Below are positions 1-8,800 of a stretch of DNA of 64,000 bases, piece by piece (the first letter of the stretch is position 1; each line of letters opens with the position of its first letter). Both the position numbers and the translations under genes were made by a program. The notes beneath the pieces were generated by a model. It was not told where the DNA came from. It saw only the letters and a list, made by a program, of their open reading frames with translations, and ran no database searches. Source of the DNA: Candidatus Peregrinibacteria bacterium GW2011_GWF2_38_29 (lineage in GTDB: Bacteria > Patescibacteriota > Gracilibacteria > UBA1369 > UBA12463); the NCBI GenBank assembly GCA_000992695.1, contig LBUS01000009.1, positions 25,548 through 89,547 of the forward strand, in the 5' to 3' direction.

Positions 1-452
1 CCAAGATTTTTCGCAAGCTCTTGCCCGTTGATTAATTGTACAAAAGAATCATTATCCGAATGAAAAACAACAAATTTCTCGGCGTTGTTTTTTATTTTCG
101 CCCAATCAAACGGATGCGCGATAAACGGCTTATCGGTCTCATAATATTTGGTTATGGAAACGCCAATTGGTGCAGCAATAATAAAAGCGGCTTTAACTTT
201 ATTTGGAATTTTTTCAAGCTCACGCAAAAGAACCGCACCTCCCAAACTATGGCCAATTAAAACAGTGTCAACTCCAAAATCTTTTTCATATTTTTCAAGA
301 AAATTAAACCATTTATCATAGTCCGGCTTATCCGCACCAGGAAGCTGTGGAACGATAACTTGATGTCCCAATTTTTCAAGCTCACTTTTAAGCCAAGGAA
401 AAAAGTTTTCCTCCGGATAACCGCCCGTTCCATGAAAAATAAAAAAATTCAT
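1..452 (-). CDS. alpha/beta-fold serine hydrolase (YdeN/RBBP9-like), C-terminus cut by the window edge
   Basis: Not in the ORF track because no stop lies in the window. My reverse-complement translation from ATG 452-450 reads MNFFIFHGTGGYPEENFFPWLKSELEKLGHQVIVPQLPGADKPDYDKW...TVLIGHSLGGAVLL...VVFHSDNDSFV. It has a GHSLGG nucleophile elbow. Confidence 0.7.
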   Translation of the reverse strand, partial: MNFFIFHGTGGYPEENFFPWLKSELEKLGHQVIVPQLPGADKPDYDKWFNFLEKYEKDFGVDTVLIGHSLGGAVLLRELEKIPNKVKAAFIIAAPIGVSITKYYETDKPFIAHPFDWAKIKNNAEKFVVFHSDNDSFVQLINGQELAKNL

Positions 453-551
453 ATTTCAATTATAACAAAGTAAGCAATTTTACAAAAACAGTTGATCTTT
501 ACCGATGATTAGTGTAATATTAGTATATAATCATTATATATAAAATCAATT

Positions 552-788
552 ATGACCTCATTAACAATTAACTTGGAAGAGCCATTAAAGGCTATTGCTC
601 AAAAAAAAGCACAAAAAGACGGAGTAACATTAACTTTTATAGTAACTCAAGCGTTAAAGGCTTATAACAGTGATAAGCTGAAATTTGGACTTGTATCCGA
701 CGATGACGAAGTCGTTGCCTCTTTTGACGTTTCCACAAAAGAAGGAAAACGAGCTTGCATTAAAAACTTTGAATCTCTAATTAAATGA
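552..788 (+). CDS. putative type II antitoxin (RHH/Phd-like)
   Basis: 78 aa. It sits directly upstream of a RelE-like toxin, and its stop overlaps the toxin start in ATGA (785-788). N-terminal strand-helix pattern: SLTINLEEPLKAIAQKKAQKDGVTLTFIVTQALKAY. Confidence 0.55.
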   Translation: MTSLTINLEEPLKAIAQKKAQKDGVTLTFIVTQALKAYNSDKLKFGLVSDDDEVVASFDVSTKEGKRACIKNFESLIK

Positions 789-1063
789 AAAAATTCATTG
801 AAAGAACAAGAAAATTTGAAAAATCCTTTGGCAAATTGAACATTAAAACACAAAAGTTATTTATAAAAAAACTTGGAATTTTTATTGATAATGAGCATTC
901 CCCCTCTCTAAAAACTCATAAATTGAACGGAAAGCAGAATAATGAATATGCTTTTTCGGTTACTGATGACATAAGAGCCATTTACGAAAAACGCCTACAA
1001 AAAGAAAAGGAAATTTTGGTTTTTAAATTCGTAGATATTGGCGGACACAACAAGGTTTACTAA
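785..1063 (+). CDS. RelE/ParE-superfamily toxin (mRNA interferase type)
   Basis: 92 aa. Carries the family pattern KTHKLNGKQNNEYAFSVTDDIRAIYEK...ILVFKFVDIGGHNKVY (H-x-L-x-G ... D-x-R-x-I-Y ... G-x-H-x-x-V-Y). Translationally coupled to the upstream small ORF. Confidence 0.7.
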   Translation: MKKFIERTRKFEKSFGKLNIKTQKLFIKKLGIFIDNEHSPSLKTHKLNGKQNNEYAFSVTDDIRAIYEKRLQKEKEILVFKFVDIGGHNKVY

Positions 1064-1140
1064 AAAAACGTTTCAACGTTTTTTGCTTCGTATTTCTAAT
1101 TTGTTTTGGATTTCGTTTTTCAGATTTCGGATTTCGATTC

Positions 1141-1215
1141 TGGTAGCGCCACGGGGAATTGAACCCCGGTTCCCAGGATGAAAACCTGGTGTCCTAACCA
1201 CTAGACGATAGCGCC
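1141..1215 (-). tRNA. tRNA-Glu (anticodon UUC), CCA encoded
   Basis: The reverse complement GGCGCTATCGTCTAGTGGTTAGGACACCAGGTTTTCATCCTGGGAACCGGGGTTCAATTCCCCGTGGCGCTACCA folds as a cloverleaf. It has a 7-bp acceptor stem, a D arm GTCT/GGAC, an anticodon stem CCAGG/CCTGG with loop TT-TTC-AT, and a T arm CGGGG-TTCAATT-CCCCG. Confidence 0.85.
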
Positions 1216-1306
1216 GAGTAAATTACGCCTTTCGACGTAATGTAAAAGTACGAGTTCCAGTATATGTATTTTAGAAATTAAGTCAAATTTAGTGTAAAAT
1301 GAAGCC

Positions 1307-1831
1307 ATGAAGACATGGAAAACAATTAAATCAAAATACGTTCTGCGTAATAAATATCTGATGGAAAACGGCAAAATCGCAAAAGATTATTTTGTTGTTG
1401 AAAAATTCGACTATGCCATGATTGCGGCTTTCACGAAAGAAAATCGCCTTATCATGGTTCAGCAATATCGCCACCCTGTTGGAAAAATCGGAATCGAATT
1501 ACCGGCCGGCGGACTTACGCATAAAAAAGAATCGATTAAATTATGCGCAAAGCGTGAAATGCTTGAAGAAACCGGATATAGCATCAAAAATCTCAAAAAA
1601 ATTGGTGAATTCCATGCCGCATCAGGACTATTAAATAATAAAATGCACCTTTTTATCGGACATAATGCAATAAAAACACACGCACAAAATCTTGATGAAA
1701 ACGAACAGATCACCCCCCTTCTTTTCAGCAAACAAGATGTGCTTAAATTGCTAAAACAAGGTAAAATAAAGGATGCCAGCACAGCCCTTACGCTGAGCAT
1801 TATTATCAACAACAATCTATGGAATATTTAA
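1307..1831 (+). CDS. NUDIX hydrolase (ADP-ribose pyrophosphatase-like)
   Basis: Nudix box GGLTHKKESIKLCAKREMLEETGY (G-x5-E-x7-REUxEExGU). Confidence 0.8.
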   Translation: MKTWKTIKSKYVLRNKYLMENGKIAKDYFVVEKFDYAMIAAFTKENRLIMVQQYRHPVGKIGIELPAGGLTHKKESIKLCAKREMLEETGYSIKNLKKIGEFHAASGLLNNKMHLFIGHNAIKTHAQNLDENEQITPLLFSKQDVLKLLKQGKIKDASTALTLSIIINNNLWNI

Positions 1832-3033
1832 ATATAAAACCCTTCAAAACCCGCATCTATCTCGATAATGCGGCAACAACGCCAATTGACCCAAAAGTTT
1901 TGAAAGTAATGGAACCATTTTTAAAAAATGATTTTGGAAATCCGGGCGGAATGTATTCATTTGGATATGAAGCGCGCGAAGCAATCGACCACGCACGCAG
2001 AATCATTTCCACGCATTTGAATTGCAACGCGGGCGAAATTATTTTCACAGGAAGCGGAACAGAATCAGATAATCTCGCAATCATCGGAACGGCAAAAGCA
2101 AACCAAAAATATGGCAAACACATAATAACAACAAAAATCGAGCATCCTGCGGTCTTGGAAACGTGCCAAGCTCTTGAAAAAGCGGGATTTGATGTTACAT
2201 ACTTAAGCGTTGATAAAAACGGTCTAATCGATTTAAAAGAGCTCGAAAAAGCAATAAAGCCGGAAACAATTTTGGTCAGCATTATGTATGCAAATAATGA
2301 AATCGGCACAATCGAACCAATCGCGGAAGCCGGCAAAATAATCGCAAAAAAACGCAATAAAGAAACCGGACTACCATATTTTCACACAGACGCATGCCAA
2401 GCGGCCGGCGTACTTTCTCTCGACGTAAACGCACTAGGCGTTGACATGATGACTTTAAACGGAAGCAAAATCTATGGACCAAAAGGAGTCGGCGCGCTTT
2501 ATCTCCGAAAAAACACAAAAATAGAACCATTAATTTATGGCGGCCACCAAGAATTTGGAATCCGCGCAGGAACAGAAAATGTCGCGGGAATTGTCGGATT
2601 TGCAACGGCCCTGGATTTGGCTCAAAAATCAATGAAAACCGAAGTTCCACGCATAAAAAAACTCCGCGATAAACTGCTTTCCGGAATTCAAAAAAGCATC
2701 AAAAAAATAATTGTAAACGGACACCCGACTCAACGATTACCAAACAATATTCATATATCAATTTTCGACATTGAAGGAGAAGCGTTGGTTCTTTATCTGG
2801 ATCAGATGAACATTTGCACAGGCACCGGCTCTGCCTGCAGTTCAAAAATGCTCGAAGCGTCGCACGTCCTCCGCGCAATCAGTCTCCCGCATGAAATCAT
2901 TCATGGCAGTTTGCGCCTTACACTCGGCAAAAACACAACAGAAAAAGAAATCGAATACACAGTCGCAACACTCGCAAAAATAGTCGCGCATCTCCGCGCA
3001 ATGTCCCCTATCAACTTAAAATACACACGATGA
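1819..3033 (+). CDS. nifS: cysteine desulfurase (NifS/IscS class V aminotransferase)
   Basis: Motifs: TGSGTESDN, HTDACQAAG, PLP-lysine region LNGSKIYGPKGVGALY, and active-site Cys loop GTGSACSS. Followed by nifU with an ATGA overlap. Confidence 0.9.
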   Translation: MEYLNIKPFKTRIYLDNAATTPIDPKVLKVMEPFLKNDFGNPGGMYSFGYEAREAIDHARRIISTHLNCNAGEIIFTGSGTESDNLAIIGTAKANQKYGKHIITTKIEHPAVLETCQALEKAGFDVTYLSVDKNGLIDLKELEKAIKPETILVSIMYANNEIGTIEPIAEAGKIIAKKRNKETGLPYFHTDACQAAGVLSLDVNALGVDMMTLNGSKIYGPKGVGALYLRKNTKIEPLIYGGHQEFGIRAGTENVAGIVGFATALDLAQKSMKTEVPRIKKLRDKLLSGIQKSIKKIIVNGHPTQRLPNNIHISIFDIEGEALVLYLDQMNICTGTGSACSSKMLEASHVLRAISLPHEIIHGSLRLTLGKNTTEKEIEYTVATLAKIVAHLRAMSPINLKYTR

Positions 3034-3713
3034 AAAAATTAAATAAATCACCCGACGTAATTTCGTTTAAAGGCACGCCATGGCTTTATTCCGGAATCGT
3101 CAAAGAACACTTTTTAAATCCAAAAAACTTTGTAATAAAAGGAAAACCAACTTTCAAATTTAATGGAGTTGGCATGGTAGGCAGTCCGGCATGTGGCGAT
3201 ATGATGAAAATTTGGCTTCTTATCGACCAAAAAACCGATCGCATCAAAAAATGCGGCTGGCAAACTTTTGGATGCGCATCAGCAATCGCATCAACATCAG
3301 TTTTATCCGTTATGCTCGTTGAAAAAGGCGGAATGAAAGTCGAAAAAGCGCTAGAAATAAGCCAAATGGACATTTTGAAACGTCTTGGTGGCCTTCCATC
3401 ACGCAAAATCCACTGCTCGGTCCTTGGCGATAAAGCCTTAAAAGCCGCAATCAACGATTATTTCAGAAACACAAAGCAAGGCTCACGCGTTGTTGCCGAA
3501 GGCTCACGCATGATTGATAAAGTCCTCAAAATCACAGACAAAGACATCGAAGACGCGGTCCTCCACGGCGCAAAAAGCTTTGAAGAAGTCGTCGAGCGCA
3601 CCAAAGCCGGCAAAGGCGACCCTTCCTGCCTTCCACTTGTCGAAGAACTCGCCCACTTTTACATCAGCAAATACTTCCCGTGTGAGAATTGTGCGGTGAA
3701 ACCAAACAGATAA
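3030..3713 (+). CDS. nifU: NifU/IscU-type Fe-S scaffold with C-terminal BFD-like [2Fe-2S] domain
   Basis: Three scaffold cysteines (GSPACGDMM, FGCASAIAS, KIHCSVLG), plus the C-terminal ITDKDIEDAV...GKGDPSCLPLVEEL segment. Confidence 0.85.
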   Translation: MKKLNKSPDVISFKGTPWLYSGIVKEHFLNPKNFVIKGKPTFKFNGVGMVGSPACGDMMKIWLLIDQKTDRIKKCGWQTFGCASAIASTSVLSVMLVEKGGMKVEKALEISQMDILKRLGGLPSRKIHCSVLGDKALKAAINDYFRNTKQGSRVVAEGSRMIDKVLKITDKDIEDAVLHGAKSFEEVVERTKAGKGDPSCLPLVEELAHFYISKYFPCENCAVKPNR

Positions 3714-3724
3714 CAATTTAAAAT

Positions 3725-4507
3725 ATGCTCAATTTCGTTAAAAAATTTCTAACAAAACGGGAAGGTAAAATTAAGTACAATGAACTTCTCAAGCATTTTC
3801 TTTCTGACGGCAAATTAGACGCTAGTGAAAAACAGGAGCTTGAAAAACTATCCAAAGAATATGGTTTTTCTAAAGAAGAACTTATGGACGCTCACAAAAA
3901 AGCAAGCAGTTTAGCTTTTCAAAACATCATTGGCGATGGCAAAATAACAGAAGAAGAAAAGAAAGCCCTCGAAGAACTCATGGGTTATTTTGGGGTAAAT
4001 CAAAAAGATTTTAATTTCGATCAAAAAGCATTCAACAAATTTTATACTTTGGGCCTTATTGATAAAGGCATTCTGCCGGAAATCCAACGGCATGATATAG
4101 ATATTATTTTTAAAAAAGATGAAATTTTGCATTGGGGTTGTCCCGGTATAACAAGAAAATATAAAAAAATTACAAACCGTATCAATTATGGTGGCCTAAC
4201 TGCTTCGATAAAAATTATGAAAGGCCTCAGATATCGCGTTGGTTCAGTCGGTTTTTCAACATCATCAAGCGAACACCTAGTCACAGAAGATGTAGGGGCT
4301 TTTTGGCTCACTAATCAAAGAATCGGCTTCAAAGGTAATAGGAAAAATTTCGCTTTCCCTTATTCAAAAATCCATGCTTTTGAACTAACACCAACTGGAC
4401 TAGTAATATCTAAAGAGGGCAAAGAAACGCCTTACATCATTGGATTAGATGATTACGATATTCCATGTATGGTGATCTCGCATATTTTAAATAACGATAA
4501 GAAATAA
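3725..4507 (+). CDS. hypothetical protein (duplicated TerB-like helical N-terminus, beta-rich C-terminus)
   Basis: 260-aa ORF. Contains a repeated DGKLDASEKQELEKL / DGKITEEEKKALEEL helical motif. No catalytic motif recognised. Confidence 0.4.
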   Translation: MLNFVKKFLTKREGKIKYNELLKHFLSDGKLDASEKQELEKLSKEYGFSKEELMDAHKKASSLAFQNIIGDGKITEEEKKALEELMGYFGVNQKDFNFDQKAFNKFYTLGLIDKGILPEIQRHDIDIIFKKDEILHWGCPGITRKYKKITNRINYGGLTASIKIMKGLRYRVGSVGFSTSSSEHLVTEDVGAFWLTNQRIGFKGNRKNFAFPYSKIHAFELTPTGLVISKEGKETPYIIGLDDYDIPCMVISHILNNDKK

Positions 4508-4567
4508 ATTTTAAGGATACATCGACTAACGCGAATTAACCGATTCACAAAGCTAAATAAAATTATT

Positions 4568-4813
4568 ATGACAACATTATTTCAAAAACACGGAAGCATA
4601 ATTGGGATAACCTCAGATCTATTTGGTTCGATATTTTTGGCATTTTCATTAAACGCCAAAAATTGGCAAGAAATATCCGGTGGATGCAGCATCAGCTGTG
4701 GAAAAAGCAATATAACCGTAACGGTAATAAACCCTTGGGTCTTTTATTTAGGAATATTCCTTCTTGTATCAGGCTTCATATTGCAAATCATCCATTTTTA
4801 TACAAAAAAGTAA
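4568..4813 (+). CDS. small membrane protein, unknown function
   Basis: 81 aa with two hydrophobic segments (IIGITSDLFGSIFLAF, VFYLGIFLLVSGFILQII). Confidence 0.4.
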   Translation: MTTLFQKHGSIIGITSDLFGSIFLAFSLNAKNWQEISGGCSISCGKSNITVTVINPWVFYLGIFLLVSGFILQIIHFYTKK

Positions 4814-4815
4814 TT

Positions 4816-5355
4816 TTATTTTTGAGTCACGATTTGAAAATTACAACCAGGAGCCCTACAAACACCGTTGATATTCCTACCTTGGTTATAACTATATTCA
4901 AAAGTTTCTTTACCGCACCAAGTACAAGTTATCGGACCATATTTTACCCCTTGTCGATCTTCTCTTTTAATTATCACTTTCCTCATTTCCTTCATAGCTT
5001 TTACGTATTTTTCTATTTCTTCATCTTTTCTTAAATAAGCCTCTACCCAAAGATTAGTAGTGATTTTACCTGACTTCGTTTGTTGATATAGGATTTTGCC
5101 TTCCCGAAGCAATTTTTCCCAAAATTGACGACTCCTTCCATATTTCTCAGCAATATCAGATGCAGATAAAAAACCAATATACCCCTGATCAAGCATCAAG
5201 CCTGTAATTGCCGCCAAATGGTCAGCGATTACTTTTTCTTTTTCATCTTTTGAAAAATCACCATTAAACAATAAATCAAAAGAAGTACGTCCGCCAGAAT
5301 TCATATTCCCACAAATCATATGATAATTACGATCAAGTTTTTTCATATTAGACAT
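4816..5355 (-). CDS. hypothetical DNA-binding protein (HTH plus C-terminal Cys4 zinc ribbon)
   Basis: HTH-like LSASDIAEKYGRSRQFWEKLLREGKI. C-terminal CTWCGKE...CRAPGC. The ORF-track start at 5406 adds a hydrophobic junk leader, so an internal ATG at 5355 or 5346 is more plausible. Confidence 0.45.
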   Translation of the reverse strand: MSNMKKLDRNYHMICGNMNSGGRTSFDLLFNGDFSKDEKEKVIADHLAAITGLMLDQGYIGFLSASDIAEKYGRSRQFWEKLLREGKILYQQTKSGKITTNLWVEAYLRKDEEIEKYVKAMKEMRKVIIKREDRQGVKYGPITCTWCGKETFEYSYNQGRNINGVCRAPGCNFQIVTQK

Positions 5356-5720
5356 GATTAAATAATAAAACAATATTATTGTATAGAGAAAATTAACAGG
5401 ATGCAAGAGAAAAAAATAAAATTAAGAGAAAGCAATTGCATACCAAAACGATAAAATATTACAATATGCTATGGTAAACGCTAATAATCACCAGCACTTC
5501 TAACGACAACGGCTTATACAACGAATATTTGCTAAAACGCCTTCGGCAAACGACCTGTCCGCAACTTTTCCCTCTTCTTCGCAACCCCATTTCAAACAAT
5601 GCTCTTCACAAGATTTTTTTAATTTGGTAGTATATATAGCTTCCACAACAGGTTGTGTGCCATATAGTATATGAAACACTATATATGCGATTTCATGCAA
5701 CGAATTCGGCATAAATTCTA

Positions 5721-5748
5721 TTGATAAAAAAACGCTCCGTAATATAGT
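5721..5748 (+). promoter_or_regulatory. candidate sigma70-type promoter for nrdJ
   Basis: TTGATA-N16-TATAGT, about 135 nt upstream of the nrdJ ATG. Confidence 0.35.
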
Positions 5749-5812
5749 TAGAGTTGCTCAGTAAATCACCCTGAGCTGTTCTTTTCATGCTCAACCCCAC
5801 TCATAATTCAAG

Positions 5813-5874
5813 TTTGAAAATTGAAACTTGAAAACTGAAAATTGAATGTAAATTGAATCTTGTAACTTGTAACT
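5813..5874. repeat. short-period degenerate tandem repeat (TTGAAAN / TTGTAAC units)
   Basis: The sequence ttgaaaattgaaacttgaaaactgaaaattgaatgtaaattgaatcttgtaacttgtaactt lies immediately upstream of the nrdJ start. Confidence 0.8.
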
Positions 5875-5883
5875 TTCTATAAT

Positions 5884-8800
5884 ATGTCCCCAATCAAAAA
5901 AATCATCAAACGTGACGGCCGAATCGCAGATTTTGACCAAGCAAAAATCGTCTCAGCCATCTGGAAAGCAGTTCAATCCGTCGGTGGCGACGACAAGCAC
6001 TCAGCAGAGCAAATCGCAAACCAAGTCACAGCGGTTTTGGAAGTATTTTTCAAAAAAGATACAGACATTCCAAATGTCGAACAAATCCAAGACCTTGTTG
6101 AAAAGATTTTGATTGAAGGCGGACATGCAAAAACTGCAAAAGCATACATTTTATACAGACAAAAACGCGCTGATGAAAGAATCCAAAAAGAGCTTATCTT
6201 GGGCAAAGGAATGGGCGAAAACAATCTCAATTTCTCCATGAACGCCCTTAAAGTTCTTGAAAAAAGATATTTATTAAAAGACGAAAACGGCGAGCTTAAA
6301 GAAACTCCGGAAGATATGATCAGAAGAATTGCGGATAGCATTGCCGAAATGGACAAAAATTATAATGGCGACGTTGAAAAAACCAGCAAAGAATTCTTTG
6401 ATATGATCGCAAACCTCGAGTTTATGCCAAATTCCCCTACCTTGATGAACGCCGGAACAAACATCGGGCAACTTTCCGCATGCTTTGTTTTGCCTGTTGA
6501 AGACTCCATGGAAGGAATTTTTGATACTTTAAAAAATGCAGCCCTTATTCACAAATCCGGTGGAGGAACAGGATTTTCATTTTCCAGACTTCGCCCTTCA
6601 AACGACACAGTCAAATCCACAACAGGCGTTTCTTCCGGCCCTGTCAGCTTTATGAAAGTATTTGATGCCGCAACCGAAGTCATCAAGCAAGGCGGCAAAA
6701 GACGTGGTGCAAACATGGGCATTCTTCGCGTTGATCATCCGGATATTCTTGATTTCATCAACTGCAAAGCCGATATGAAAACTCTCACAAATTTCAACAT
6801 TTCAGTCGCAATCACGAATAAATTCATGGAAGCTCTTGAAAAAAACGAAGAATATGAACTTTTAAATCCACGCACAAAACAACCAATCAAAACTCTTCCT
6901 GCACAAATGGTTTTTGATATTATTTTGGCTAATGCATGGAAAAACGGCGATCCGGGATTAATCTTCATCGACGAAGCAAATGCAAAACATCCCGCAAAGC
7001 ATTTGGGCGAAATTGAAGCCACAAATCCATGCATCACCGGAGATACGCTTATTTATACGGACAAAGGGCTCATTTCAGCAAAAGAACTATTTCTGCAACA
7101 ATCACCAATTAACGTGACTATCGACTCGCGCATGAATAAAAAAATCGCTCTTAAATCCGAAAAGGTATTTATCACGGGCGAAAAAGAAGTTTATGAAATA
7201 ACAACAAAAGAAGGTTTTAGTCTAAAGCTCACGGAAAATCATAAAATAATGACAAATCGAGGATGGATTGAGGCGCAAAATCTAAAAAAAGACGATAAAC
7301 TCCATATATTAAACAGAAAAGGCGGATTTGGAAAAACGGGAAATTTGGAAACCGGCCGCATTCTCGGATGGTATGTCGGGGACGGCTATTTACAAAAAGA
7401 AAAAAATCAAAAAACAAGATTGGTATTATCGTTTTTCGGTGAAGAAAAACACGAACTGGCTCCAATGTTTCAAGCAATGGCATCAAAATTATTAAACAAC
7501 AAAATAGGGGCTTCAGAAATAAAAGATAGAAATGAGTCAAGAATTCGCTCCGGACGATTGCGTGAAATAGCGCATAATTACGGCTTAAATCCGTCAAAAT
7601 ACGATATAAGTGAAAAAATCTTTGCAGCTTCGGAAAAATTGCAAAAAGGATTCTTGCAAGGACTTTTCTCTGCGGATGGAAGCATTCAAGGCACTCAACA
7701 AAAAGGATTCAGCATAAGGCTTGCTCAAAGCAATTTAAATGTTCTCGAAAAAGTTCAACAAATGCTCTTAAATTTCGGTATATTTTCAAAAATATACAAT
7801 TCGAGAAGGCCTGAAAAATGGACAAAATTGCCGAATGGAAAAGGTGGAAACAGGCTATACAAAACAAAAGCACAGCATGAACTTGTTATATCAAAAGAAA
7901 ATATCGGTAAATTCAAAAAAGAAATCGGATTCTTGCAATCGGCTAAAAAAACAAAGCTTGCAAATGCATTAAAAAACATGAAAAGAGGGTCATATAAAGA
8001 ATATTTCCTTGCAACATTCGAAAACCTTAAGCATATCGGAACAGAAACTGTATATGACCTAACCGAACCAATCACGCACAGTTTTATTGCCAATGGAATC
8101 GTGGTTCATAACTGTGGCGAACAACCTTTACTCCCTTATGAATCCTGCAACCTCGGCTCAATCAATCTTAATAAAATCATCGCAACCGATAGAAAAGACT
8201 TAGATTGGAAAAAGCTCGATGCGCTTGTTGAAAAATGCGTGCACTTCCTTGATAACGTCATTGACGCAAACCACTATCCAATCGATAAAATCGCGGAAAA
8301 TTCAAGACGCACACGCAAAATCGGACTTGGAATTATGGGTTTTGCAGATGTGCTTTTCCAACTCGGTGTTGCTTACGATTCAGAAGAAGGCATTGCATGG
8401 GGTGAAAGAATCATGAAATACATACACGAAAGCGCTTTAAAATATTCCATGAAACTAGCAGAAACTCGCGGAACATTCCCAGCGTGGAAAGGCTCTGAAT
8501 ATGAAGCAAAGGGCATGAAAATCAGAAATGCATGCGTCACATCCATTGCTCCAACCGGAACGATCGGCATGCTTGCAGAAGCCTCCGGCGGACTTGAACC
8601 AAACTTTGCCATCTCATACATCAAAAACGTCATGGACGGCACGGAATTCATTTATACAAACAGATTTTTTGAAGAAGAAATGCGAAGACGCGGACTTTTC
8701 AGCCAAGACTTAATGACTGAAATCGCAAAAGTCGGCACAATTCAACATATGACAGATTTGCCTGAAGATATCAGACACACATTTGTCGTCGCACAAGACA

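Noticed and set aside
4663-5034. A 123-aa plus-strand ORF overlapping both the small membrane protein gene and the minus-strand HTH/zinc-ribbon gene.
   Set aside because: It is out of frame with one better-supported gene and antisense to the other, and its composition is hydrophobic and repetitive with no motifs.
5500-5712. A 70-aa minus-strand ORF in the nrdJ upstream region, with a metalloprotease-like HEIAYIVFH string.
   Set aside because: It has no true HExxH motif, no promoter or start context, and a Cys-rich odd composition. The region is better explained as a regulatory leader containing AT-rich palindromes.
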